From positions 1-64,000 of the forward strand of contig JTLS01000003.1 of assembly GCA_000826855.1 (NCBI GenBank): 64,000 nucleotides of DNA, written 5' to 3'. The notes beneath the pieces were generated by a model. The model did no database searches. It had not been told where the DNA came from and was given only the letters and a program-made list of their open reading frames with translations. Position numbers and translations under genes: made by a program. Each line of letters opens with the position of its first letter. Position 1 is the stretch's first letter. This DNA is from Basidioascus undulatus. Its lineage: Eukaryota. Positions 23,687-35,849 of the stretch are shown here, piece by piece.

Positions 23687-26609
23687 TTATGCGCCCAGGC
23701 GCGGCGAGTCCTCGAAGTTGAGGTACGCGCCAAAGTAGCCGAGCGCGGCGCTATCCTTCTCGGACGCGGAGAGCGCGTCGTCCGACTCGTAGCGCTCGTA
23801 CGGAGCGGGGTGGACGCCCGAGTCCGCCGCGAGGGGCGCCTCGGCGCGCGGCCTGCTCGCAGCGTCGGCGGCGCTGAAGGTCGCGAAATCGGCGGGGGAG
23901 TGGAGAGCGGGCGGGTAAGACGTGTGCGGAGAGTGCGCGTCGTGTGCGTACGCGTTTGTCGTCATCCAGCTCATCGTGTGCGCGGCCGAGTCTGCCCCAG
24001 GCGTGACAGCGCCGTGGTCGTGCGAGAGGTAGGGCGAGGGAGGGGGGAGGACGGGGTTCGCGCTCGTGGGATCCGGGGCGTAGACGACAGCCGAAAAGCT
24101 CGGGTTCCACTCCGGGTTGACCGGCCACGACTCGGGCGTGGGGTGGCGGTGGTGACGGGGCGCGGGCTGGCTGATGACCGGAGGTTGGAGGGGGGTGTGG
24201 ACGACTTGGAACGCGGGCGTGATCGGGTCGTGCTCGCCGTCCGAGCTGTGCGCGCTGTGCGTCGAGCTCGCGGAGAGGGGGACGGCGAGGCCGTCGCCGG
24301 TGGTCGCTTGGAGGTGCGCGCTGTGCGGGGGTATGCTGACGCTCAGGCGCAGCCGGTTTGGGTCGCGCCGGGCGGTCGACGCGCTGAAGCCGTGTACGGA
24401 GACCGGGCGGGCGAAGCTCGACTGCGAGGGGGGTATAGGGCTGGGCGCGACGACGTTGAGCGTGGGCGCGTGCAGCTCGGCGGGGCGGCGCATGAGGTAC
24501 GAGAGCGTGACGGAGCCGCCGTCCGCGGAGGGTTGACCGCTCGGCGAGTCCGGGACCATCTCGAAGTCGTACACGACGACGAGCACGACCTGGCCGATCT
24601 CGGCGGCGCGGCACGACTTGACGCCCGACGGGCCCGGCGACGGAACCGTCTCGGATGGGACGACGAACTCCTGCACCATCGAGAGGGCGCTGAGGGGCGA
24701 GGCGAAGTCGGCGCGCTCCGCGGCGGACTTTGCGAAGATTTTGCCGGGGCGACCGCCGCCGTGGCCGACCTGGCCGCCGAGAAAGCCCGCGAAGAAATCG
24801 CCGCCGAAAGGAAGGCCGTAGGAGAACTTGTGGGTCGAGGAGGCTGAGCTTGACGTAGACGGCGAGGAGGGGTTGGAGCCGTCGAACGACGCGCGGCGGT
24901 GCTGCGGCGCGAGGCGGTCCGGGCGAGCCAGCGACTCCTCATAGCCGAGAACGCGAGCGCCGAAGGAGTAAAAGTTGGTCACAGCCCTGAAGGAGAGAAA
25001 TGACAGTATCAGTTGTGAAAAATGAACAGCGCGGCCGGTTGGCATACATGAGCGGAACGTCCTGAGCGCCGGTCAGGGACATCTGCGCCGAGACGCCGTC
25101 GAAGTGATCGATGGCGTACATCTCGCTGCTGGGGAGGGCGAGACGGATGCGGGCGTGCATGAAGGGGCACTTGAGGTCCTCGTACATCGCGCCGAGGCCG
25201 GGATAGCGCGCCTCGCCGAGGGGGAGCTCCTCGACGTAGACGGTCGTGCGCGGCGTGGAGCCGACCGCAATGGACGGGCAGAGCTCGGTGTAGACGTGCG
25301 CCGTGTCGTGCTGCTCGCCGTGCGCCCAGATGCTCAGCTTCCACGGAAGGAGCATCGGGCGAGTCGGATCGCCGCTGGACGGAGGCGTGTCGGGCAGAGA
25401 GGGCGGCATGGGGAACTGGGGCGTCATGTCGGCGATGGCGTGGGAGAGGCTCGAGGTCGTGCTCATGGGCACGCTCGCGGGGCTGTGGTCGCGATGATAC
25501 GAGCCGTCGTACGAGTGCGAGCGCTGCATCTCGACAGGGGCGAAGCAGGGCGAGTGCTCGGCCGGGGGGCCGTAAGGAGAGTGCAGCTCGGGCGTGACCG
25601 TCGAGGTCGGCGAGGGGGTGCAGAGGTACGGGGCGGGAGCGTGGGGGTGGACGTGAGCCGCGGGCGATTGCGCTGCGCCGGCCGACATCTTGGCCTGGTA
25701 GTGCAGCAGCATCGGCTGCAGCGACGACTCCTCCTCCGCAGTCGGCTCGCCGACAAGCCACATGACTGTCAAGGTCGAGGGTGTGGATATGAGCAAGAGC
25801 TTCAAGCAGCTTCGAGCGTTATCCAGGCGGAAAGAGGGCTTACAGTGTGCGTCGTTCCGGCGGACATTCTTGAGCACCTGGATGTGGCTCGAGACCTGCT
25901 TGCGCGACCGCACGACGCCCGTGCGCATCTTGATGAAGTTGGCGATGAGCTCGTTGCGGCCGCAAGGCTTGCCGTGGACCATGACCTTGCGCCTGCCGAG
26001 ACGAGGAACAGACACGAGCGCTGCGAAAGGGAAGGTACGAGTCAGTCACGACGCGTCCCCGATCGCGTTTGATAAGTTTCGGGCACACCTTCGTAAAATG
26101 CCTCGTCCACGTCCGGCGGCCAGACCTCGTCGTTCTTGCTGTCCGGCAGCACGACAATCCCGCCCGCCGCAGGGCCCGTCGTCGCCGAGTCGGCGTCGAT
26201 GCCGAGGGCAGCCAGACCGGCAGGCGAGCCCGCGCTCGGCGCGTCGAGGTCGGCCGGCGCGGTCCTCCGCCGCTTCATCTCGGGTCGAGGAGAGCTGAAC
26301 GGCGCGAGGAGCTGGTTCTGGGGCGGGTGGGTGACGAGCGGCGAGTGGTCGAAGAGCGGTTTGGGCTTGGACGGGTCACGAGCGGGCGGGTGACCATGAT
26401 GCGCGACCGCCGGGAGACCCTCCTGCACAGGCGGACACTGGTCGTGGCTCGATGCGCGACTGCGAACCTGGTGCGCGGTGCCGCCCGGGAGCTCGTGCGG
26501 GCCGAGGTGCGAGTGGTCGCGCTTGCGGTTCGGCGTCTCGAGCTGGATATTGGCGAAGTGCTGCTGGAGCGCCGGGGAGGGAAGGAAGTTGTAGGAGGCA
26601 GTGGAGTGC
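23687..26609 (-). CDS. TEA/ATTS-domain transcription factor (Tec1/AbaA/TEAD family) with TEAD-like C-terminal domain; continuous in frame with the upstream GPAT
   Basis: EVWPPDVDEAFYE|AL..VPRLGRRKVMVHGKPCGRNELIANFIKMRTGVVRSRKQVSSHIQVLK is a canonical TEA domain; stop at 23687. The 5' boundary is approximate. Confidence 0.92.
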
Positions 26610-28677
26610 GTGGGCGCCTTGAGGTACTGCGATACGGCGGCGAGGTCGTAGTCCCACTTCTTGGGCAGCCAGACGCCGACCAGCACGCGCCACGCCGCCA
26701 TGACCCGCTTGAAGCCGTTGTACTGTTCGAGCGATACACGATTCTCATCAGCGATTTGTCTGGGTTTAGAGGGACAGGACAGCAGTGGGATTGGTAAGAG
26801 AAGGGCACGCACGTTGTCGTCGATCAAGCTAACATGGTACACCGCGAACGCCCACACCGCCGCAGCGGCGACGATCGCACCGATCGGGCTAAGGAACAGG
26901 AGCGCCCAAACCGCGAGGAACAAGACGGGGTACGTGAGCACCGTCAACAACAAGCCAAACACGATCTTGTTCTGCGCCTGGGTCTCCACCTCGTGCTCGA
27001 CTATCTTCCCGCCCAAGCGCGCAAGGATGTACGCGGGGGCGTGTACGAGGAGGGGGAGGGCGAAGAACGGCAAGCGGACGAGGGAAGCGAGGGACGTGCC
27101 GATGAGGGAGAGGAACGTGGAGAGCCGCGTGGGGAGGGGGTACGGGTGGTATGGGTCTAGAGGGCGCGGGAGGGGAAGGGAGGAGAGCGTGCTGTGCGTG
27201 AGGGACGTGCGGGAGAGGAGCGCGGAGTAGGTGATGAGCGTGGATTTGAGCTTGGAGAGCTGCGGGGAGGGGGAGGGCGTCGAGAGGAGGTCGACCAGCC
27301 TGGGGGAGAGGGAGGGGCGTGAGCTGAACGTGTGGAGAGGGTGGGGGAAGGGAGGAGGACGCACACTTGCGAAACGGGAACGAAGTCTTCCAGCGGCAGG
27401 TCCCGCTCGTCCTCCCACAGCATCTCGCGCGCCATCTTAGCCGCGTAGAAGGTGTCCCTGCGATCGCCCCACCGAACAGTCAATACCCCACCTTCGTTCC
27501 AGCCCAACATAGCACGACGCACCAGTCAGGCGCGTTGATCGTCAGCTTGCGGAGCTCCGACTCGATCCGCGCCGAGAGCTTCTTGACCGCCGCCTTCGGG
27601 TCGACCGAAAGGAACTCCTTCTCGAACTCGGTCATGTAAATCGGCTTCCCGTACCTGTCTCCCTCACACCCACAAATCAGCTCCTCCTTCCCCTTCGCAG
27701 CGCTCAAAGAAACCAAAACAAACAAGCACGCACTCAACGACCGCGCGACTGCGGTACTTGCTCTTGTTGGTGTACGTGATCCCGCACGGCACAACGGGGA
27801 CGTCCTTCCCGTGCTCGATGTGGTTGTCGACGACGTACTTGGTGTACTCGAGCGCGGCCCACGACACGCCGTCCTTGATGCCCAGGATGGACGGGGAAGT
27901 GTACGACGTCCCCTCGGGGAAGATCGCGACGACCTCGCCGCGCGCGAGCGCATGGAACGTCCCCTTGAAGAGAGCTTGGTTGTCCTTGTTCTTTCGGTCG
28001 ACGGGGATGTTGCCCGCGTCCAGAAGACTGGAGGGAGGGGCTGGTAAGTCCCGGACGGAGGGAGGGGCCAGGAGGGGAGGGAGGGGAGGAGACGAACATG
28101 GCGCGCACGGCGGGGACTTTGAACAGACTGTCCTTCGCCCAGTAGTGCACGCATCGCGCGCCGGGGAATGTGCATGCTGTGAGGAGGGGAGACGTCAGTA
28201 TGGGGGGTTAACGGGTGGGCGATGAGGCAGGGCGAGCGAGCGTACACAGCGTTGCGGGGTCCACTGCCATGTTGTGGTGGGACGAGGCGCTGCGGAACAG
28301 CCGAAGACAGAATCAGCATCGTCGGAACAACGCCGGGCTCTCACAAGAGCTTTGGAGATGTAGGTCCCTCGGCCGAGAGCAACTGTGTCTTTCGACCTCC
28401 CCATCGAATACCACTCCCCACTTAGCTGTCGATCTCCTCGTCCTCAACCTCCCAGAACTCCATTTCCAGCGCCCAGTCGACCTTGACCCCAGCGAGCCCA
28501 GCGTCCAAGATTCCCGCGTGGTCGTGCGAGCGCTCACACGATGACGCCCCCCTCGCGGGGGACGTTGTCGCCGTTGACGACCTCGACGCGCTGGAAGAAC
28601 GAGTAGAGCGCCCAGCTCGCGAGGTGCCGGATGAAGTAGTGCGTGTACCCGAACCCGGTCGCGGCGGTCGCGGGCAT
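26610..28677 (-). CDS. Glycerol-3-phosphate/DHAP O-acyltransferase (SCT1/GPT2 family), no stop codon of its own
   Basis: HHNMAVD (HxxxxD), HYWAKDSLF, GNIPVDR, IFPEGTSY, GIKDGVSWAALEY, VVPCGITY, LTINAPDW, then transmembrane segments and AAWRVLVGVW. Confidence 0.9.
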
Positions 28678-28896
28678 GGCGGGCGGGGTTCTTGCCAGGA
28701 GAAGGAGGAGGGTTGGTGGAGAGGGAAGAAGGTAAAGCGGAGTATGGAGACGACCGGGCCTAGTTAGATGCCGGGCTTGAGGTGCGGGAAGCGCCAAATT
28801 ACGCAAGTTTGTTGAGGTCGTGCGGCGGCTTTCAGACCCGGATTGTCACCTTTGCACACAGAATACTCTTGGAAAGTAGGAAATGGGTATAATGCA

Positions 28897-31177
28897 ATGC
28901 CTAAACACGCATGCTTAATCCTCGTTCCCCACTCCTCCCCCGCCGCCTTCCCCGCCCATCAACACGAGCCCACGTCGCGCATCTCGAAGCGCCGTAGCTT
29001 CCTTCCCCTTGACGCGGTGCCCATGGGCCTCGGCCTGTCCAGCATACCACTCTCGGCGCCGATGCTCGGGTCGCCCATCGGTGAGGAGGAGGAGCAGTTC
29101 CCCAGTCCCGGGCTGGAGGGGCAGCGAAGGCAGGCGCTCTACTCTGCCGGCTTCAGGGTAATCATGTCCTACCTTCGAGATGTGCGTGTCAACCTCTTGT
29201 CTGCAACCGCGCTTAGAGCAACGTCCTGACTTTTCCATCAATGCAGCTGCACGACCTCGGCGCCGGCGGCGAGGACGACGAGCCCGCCTCGCACCCTCCG
29301 TCCTCCGCCTCGCGATACGGCTCGATCGGGTCCAACACGCGCCCGAGCATGGGCCGCTCTGCAACCAACTCGAGCCTCGCGTCCCGGAACCCATCCGAGT
29401 CGAGCTTGGGCGTCGGCTCGTCCGCGCGCACGACGTTGAGCGAGTCGTCCGATGAGCGCCCGTCCGTCGGCTCCAATGGCGACGCGATCAAGCACAAGGA
29501 TGACCCGGCGCGGAGAGAGAAGATCGTCAGGGAGATTATCGAGTGAGTCGCGCCTGGTTCTTTGCGTTGGTAGTATGTTCGTCGGGGAGCTGGATGATGA
29601 TGGGTGGGCATCGCAGGACCGAGCGGACTTACGTGCGCGGCCTGGCGGAGCTCACGGAGATCTACGTCAAGCCGAGCGCGCTCGAGGTGCCCGCCGTCGA
29701 GCGCAAGATCGTCTTCAACGGCGTCGAGAGCCTGCTTACGTTCCACCGCGAGTCGTTCCTCCCCGCGCTCGAGAACGCCGCCGCGTCGCTGCTCCTCTCG
29801 GCGCGCCCCGCGGACGTCAGCCGCGAAGAGTTCTCACTCGAGATTGCCAGCCAGGTCGCGCTCGTGTTCTGCAAGCACGCGGCGTTCTTGAAGATCTACT
29901 CGTCGTATATCAAGTGCGTATTTGTTCCTTCAGATGAGCGCTCTTGGCTTGGCTCGAGAGAAGGAACTGATCGGGATGGTGTTCACAGCAACTTCGACTC
30001 GGCTCTTCTGCGCCTGACGCACTGGAGCAGCAAGGACTCGGGCTCCGCGCGCTCGAGCCCCGCCATGTCGCCCAGCTCGACCCAGCTCTCGTCCCTGACG
30101 ATCAGCACCGGCTCTGTCTCGCCCGTCGCAATGCCCGCGACTCCCGCCGCCGCGAGCGGCTCTCCCATCCCCGCGAAGGAGCGCAAGCGCATCCGCCAGT
30201 TCCTTAAGGCCGCGCGCAAGCACCCGCGCCACGCGCAGCTCAACCTGGAGAGCTACTTGCTCCTCCCCGTGCAGCGCATTCCGCGGTACCGGCTGCTGGT
30301 GCGTTGATCCTTCTTGTCGAGGGGAATGAGGGGTGGGACTGACAGAAGGCGTGGGGACGCAGCTGGAGGACTTGGTCAGGTGCACGCCGCCCAAGACGGA
30401 CCCCCTCGCCTTCGACCCGCTCGCCAGCGGTCTTGAGCAGATCTCGGCGCTCGCAAACGACATGAACGAGGGCAAGCGCGATGCCGAGGGCCGGAACCGC
30501 CTTGTGCAATGGCAATGTGCGTTTCGCGCTTGCGCTGTGCCAACACACCGGCGCCGTACTGACAGATCCGCACTGATCCACCCACAGCCCGCATTCGCGG
30601 CAAGTTCCCCTCGCCGCTCGTCCAGCCCCACCGCCGCCTCCTGCTCGACGGCGGCCTCGTCCTCACGCGCGTCGTCAAGCGCACCGTCGCGTTCGTCGAG
30701 GTCGACTCGGGCGACGGCAGCCGCGGCGGCGACGAGCACAAGTCGGTCGTGCAAGTCGACTGCCTCCACCAGGAGAGCGCGCAGAGCAAGCCGCTCGTTG
30801 GCCTCCTCTGCACGGACCTCATGGTCCTCTGCAAGGACCCCTCCCGCGGCATGGACCAGACGAGTCCCGTCGACCTGTACGCTGTGCTCCGGCTCCAGAA
30901 CACGAGCCATCCGGCCGTGGTTCACGGGAGCAGTACGTTTTCGTTCTTTTTGTGGGGGGTCGAAAAAGCGTTTGCTGATCTCGTTCTGGTACTCATTGCA
31001 GCTTTGCGGATCGTCGATTCGCGCGCTATCCTTTACCTCGACTGCGCGGACGTCTCTGCTGCGCTCACCTGGGCACAAGGTTCGTTTCCTTTCTACTCAT
31101 CTCACCTGCACTATTTCAAGCTTAACAATCGTGTTCACGCCCTTGCAGCCATCAACAACGACATGTCGTCCTGGTGA
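28897..31177 (+). CDS. Rho guanine-nucleotide exchange factor (DH plus PH-like domain); start uncertain
   Basis: REKIVREIIE|TERTYVRGLAELTEIYVKP, FLKIYSSYI|NNFDSAL, LESYLLLPVQRIPRYRLL|LEDLVRCTP, LVQPHRRLLLDG; stop TGA at 31175-31177. Confidence 0.9.
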
Positions 31178-32426
31178 TGCCGCTCCCGTCCTCCACCCAG
31201 TCTCATCACATTTACTCCCATCATGTCCACCCGTCATCACTACTATCACCGCATCGTCTTCGCCATCCCACCTTCATCGTCGTTCCCTGCTGCGCACTTC
31301 GGTTCTCTCCCTATCCCATCTTGCTCATCTTCGGCCACATAGCGGCGCCTCGCCGTCGTCCCCGGACACTCATAGCCCTCCTTTCCGATTTTCGTTTTCC
31401 TCTTCAACTTCCCGCAGACTCCTCCCCATTTGCCTTGCTGATTGCGCATTTGTCCTTCCACGCTCGTTTGCTCTCTTAGTCGCTCGTTTCACCAGTCGCT
31501 CGTTTATCGTCTCTGATGTTCCTTGTCTTTTCATCGCTTGTGCTACTCTGCCCTTCATGCTGCATATTGTTGTACTTCCCTCCTCATTCGTCTACTGGGT
31601 TCTGCTCTTGTTTTTCGAGACTACGGAAAAGAAATTAAACACTCGGGTTGCTTGCCGACATGGGCTGTGTAGTCTGCGTCAATGTCCTCGAGTGCAGCAG
31701 GCGTTTGTTGTGGGCGCAGATCCGCGCAACTGGTTCGCGTTCATTCAATCTTGTATCGGTGAAAACGGACCGCTGTCGAAGGCTAAGGAGGACGTTCGGC
31801 GGAATATGGGAGACGAGGCTGTGCGGCAACTCGATGAAGAGCACGAACACTGTAAGCCTAGTACCTGCCGGTGGTTTTGGGTGGAAAGGCAAGCCAAGGA
31901 TGCTGACGGTTGCGGAGACATGCAGGTTTGAGGTCAGCAAGAATCAGCCTTGCTCACATTCTCGAGGCGCAGAAATGCTGTGGTACCCACTGCGATCTCC
32001 GTGTCTCGGAGGGAGGTTGTGAAGCAGGCAGCAGCCCGAGGCTTGGAGGACTGGTGGAGTACGCTGAGAGCTAGGATCCGGGCGGCAGGACCAAGTTTAT
32101 GGATTGCTCTTTACCGATGCATGCCCAAAAGTTTTCTTCTCATGTGCGTCTGAGTCTGTGTACGGAATGCTATTGCGCTGGATGCTGCGCAGGGACGACA
32201 TGGGACTGGCGCTGCCATCTCGTGTCTCGTCCGCCCAGTCACACAATGGATTGTACGGTGTTGTTGGCGCAGTTTGAGCATTGAACACATAGTGCTGCGA
32301 AAATGGTATCTGATGACGCTCTCCCACGTCAGTTCAATAGGCACGATGCATCAATGGACGTACACAAACGAGGCCCACAATAGAATAAGCGTTAAACAAG
32401 TGCAAATGGTAAACCAGACTTCTAGC

Positions 32427-34010
32427 TCATGGTTTGATAGCATACCCGAAAACGACGTAGAATTCGAGAGGCAGCGTTTGGAACTCGCGTCGGATATGGC
32501 TGTGCATCTTTTGCAGCTCCGCCTCGAACTGGCCGGCACGGACGAGGTAAGGAATAAAAGCTCTACAGGAGACACCCGCTGTTCAGTCAACGAAGGGATA
32601 ACATCAAGCAAGAAAAGGAAGGCGCACCGGACGAGCTCGTTCCCAGTCGAGCTCCCCCCAAGCGACCCGACTCTTCTCAGCCGCTCATCTGTTCCCAAGC
32701 TGCATGCAAGCGTGCGTGTTGCCGGATGCCATCAGCGATTCAGCAGACCTGACCGCCGTGTTGCCGGATGCCATCAGCGATTCAGCAGACCTGACCGCCA
32801 ACCACCAAGCGGAAGCTTGAGCGTGTCGACCTTCTGGCTCCGTAGGATGCCCTGGTCCAGCAGAGAACCGAAGTACTGGGGGACTGGGTGGCTGAGGAGA
32901 TTGTAAGAAGACTTCGCTACCAAAGAGGTATGTACGAAGGGCGTACTCTTGAAGGCAGTCGAGGTATCAAGGCCCCGCTTGTCGAAGAGAGCCGTGACTC
33001 TGGACAGTATAGCTGCTGAAGACGGGGTCGTTGCCCGGCACCGAACCATCGAGTAGCGGTAGAAGGTTGGGCTCGATCATGCATAGAATCCCGCCGGGCC
33101 GCAGATGCGCAAGCACTGCTCGATGACGCTGTGTCATTTGTGGATCTGAAGAGCGTGCACCGTGAGACAGTAGGACGCGCGGACGGACTTCGATCCAGCA
33201 CTCACGCCGAGGGCCAGCAGACGGATGTGCACACAACAGTGAAGGATGCGGACGGGTAGAGGTCGAGATCCTCCGTCACATCGCATACCTCGAAGCTGAC
33301 GTTCGGCGGCACGGTCCTGCTGGAAGCATCAATGAGTTTGCTGGGGCTCGTGGGAGGATTTCAAGCCTAAGAGACACGAACTGGGCTGCACAGGGACCAT
33401 GTCGACGCCTGTGACATCGGCAGACTCGGAACTCCTGGGCGATTTGAATAGCGCTGCGTACGGCGACAGATGAGCATTCAGGGGACACAGGGAGCAGGCA
33501 TCGTCTTCTCACCATGTACTAGATCCAGTACCGATGTCTCTGTTCGATCAAGTTCGTTCAGCATCAAACTGAGAGAGAAGGGGTGCGGCGACGACGCACA
33601 GGATCTTCGGACGACCCCCCGCGTTGCGGTAGGGGAGACTTACCTGGATGTCCAGTCGCTCGAGCTCCTCGTCTGTTACGTCCGCTCGTCAGCGTTGCAG
33701 CGCGGTACGTGCTATAAGCAGGAGAACAATACCGTCGCTCGTCAAGGAATAAACCTCATTCGTCAAATGATATCTCCTGCCTGGAACGGAACCCGTCAGT
33801 GACCGCGTTTTACGATGAGCGTAGTTCGGCCAAGAAACAGCGCCCTCGCACCTTGGTCGAACCCCTACAAACCTTCCTGAATCTTGTGCTCAGCGAGGAC
33901 GTGCTCGCCGCGGACGAAGTAGGACGGTCCTCAGTGCCCATCACAATACCAACGGTTGGGGAACTGGTGGTTTGATGAGATGGCGGTCGGAAGCAAGAAG
34001 GTGTTTGCAT
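32427..34010 (-). pseudogene. LaeA-like class I SAM-dependent methyltransferase pseudogene
   Basis: Family motifs scattered across frames: DEELERLDIQ, VLDL, IAQEF..VTGVDMVPVQP, PPNVSFEVCDVTE, IRLLALG, LRPGGILCMIEP, KLPLGGW, YVVFGYAIKP*. In-frame TGA at 33134-33136 where W is expected, plus frameshifts. Confidence 0.75.
32715..32798 (+). repeat. Perfect 42-bp tandem duplication
   Basis: CGTGTTGCCGGATGCCATCAGCGATTCAGCAGACCTGACCGC at 32715-32756 and 32757-32798. Confidence 0.95.
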
Positions 34011-35849
34011 TAGTGCAGCTGATCGTTCTGATTATTATGTAAGGAATCAACGGATCCGTGAACTGTCGACTCGGAACTCCACATAGCGCGATCTGTCGCT
34101 GTGGCCGTGACAGTTGAAGCTCGAAGGATACCGGAATGTTGACCTATGTCAGCTCATTTCGGTATAATGAAAGAGTCCAAGCCCGAAGAGTTTACCAGCA
34201 TTCGTTTCTAGTGTTGTAATGCAGACGGTGGTTGTAAAGATGATATCCATCTTCAGGGGTACCTGAGCCTTTGGGTGGTAGAGTGAGTCTACAAGAGCTT
34301 CAGGATAAGGCAAACTGTGGTACTTCGGAGAACATGATAGGCCTACTGAGCTAGAATTTGGGTAAGATCACTCTTGGGACACACCGTAATGAAGTTGTGC
34401 AAGATGCGACATCGACGCGACCATGTCTCACAGTAATTTAGACGTGAGAGTGCGTTCCCTTGTGTGCAAGGCAGCCGGATTTTTCTGCAGACACCATTCG
34501 TACACGTGGTAACTCCTCCCCATCCAGCTAAGGTGTGGATGGGGGCAGCCAGACTGGGCGTATGGTGTCTGCCCGCTCCAGCGTGCTATGCCATGTTCCT
34601 CAACGCTCGCCCTTACCAGGCCAAATGTGCTTGGTTGATCTGGATAACTCCTTTTGTTCTCAGGTCTTCCTCTCTCCTGCTCTGATTATACGGCCACCAT
34701 TTGGCGCGACAAAGGCATGGCTGCAGTAGTTGAGGATCAATGTAAGTTGCTAACAACCAGGGCATAGCCCATCCTGGTAGCGACGTGACTTTGGAATTTT
34801 CAATGAATTTGCAGGGCAACAAAGCCCCCCCCCCCCTTTATCGGATCCGGATCAGCTCTTGAAAGCATACCCGCGCTTAGAGATTTGGCGGGACATTTCT
34901 CACCGGTGCGGTTAATCGTCCCCAGAAGACAGCGACTTGTTCGCTCTCATTCGAGGTTAACAGCTGGTGGCACGTTCAATATTATGCGAGTTTATACAAA
35001 GGTTACTCTCTCTTTGTATTCCAATGAAACGTGGTAGCGGGGGCTGCTGCCAAGCTGCATGAAACAGACCTTTCATACATGCTGGCAGACCACTAGAATG
35101 GGCAGCCTTTGAACACGGTTTCACCGAGTATAGTTCGATTTCGAAGGCATTATCGTTGATCAATTATTACGAGACGAGTGGTCAAGCAAGGTCAAGCAAT
35201 AGCTGCAGCTCACAAGACTGCTTGCTCCTTTGACTTACCCGGCAGAACACAGAGCGCGCATTTGGATAAGATGACGCTCTGTAATACGGCAACCTAGCAG
35301 TGAATGACATACTTCAATTGAAACTTGGGCGAAACCTCGTTGCTGCTTGACGGCTCGCAGTGAAACTACCCCCTTATTAGACCAGAAAGTCTTTAGGGGG
35401 CACACCGACTATTACCCTCAAGAGTCAAGATCGAGAATGAGGCAAGCAAGCCGGGTCACTACTCCTGGCGAAGGGAGGCCAAGAAGACGCTGAAGGTAAC
35501 CTTTCTTCAAAAAGTACGTCTTCCCGCCGGCCCAGTCGGCGAACAGCAAGGACGATGTGCTGGATTGGGCTTAGGAGTCAACGTTCCCTGCGAGAAAATT
35601 TGGCAGCGTTGTACATTTGTGGCAGATCTACAAGAAGAGCAAAGGCAGCCTTGCGTCGATCTTTAATGGTGTGCCCGCTGCTCAAGGTGCATGAAGTTCA
35701 GAGCATCAACCGAACACTGGATAGATTGGAAAGACGTATAGCAAATCTGCAACAGCTGCTCATCAATAAAGCTCCCCACACTGCGGAAAGAACGTCCTCT
35801 TCTGGAAAGCGGACAGTGCGATATGGTCGATGCACGGTCAGTGCGAAAA

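Noticed and set aside
23621..24847. 408-aa plus-strand ORF and similar long R/G-rich ORFs
   Set aside because: Antisense shadow of the GC3-rich TEA coding exon; no independent protein features.
30333..31931. 532-aa plus-strand ORF
   Set aside because: Starts in a real RhoGEF exon, then reads out of frame through introns and the pyrimidine-rich 3' UTR.
32274..32906. 210-aa plus-strand ORF with a repeated peptide
   Set aside because: Antisense to the methyltransferase pseudogene; the peptide repeat only reflects the 42-bp duplication.
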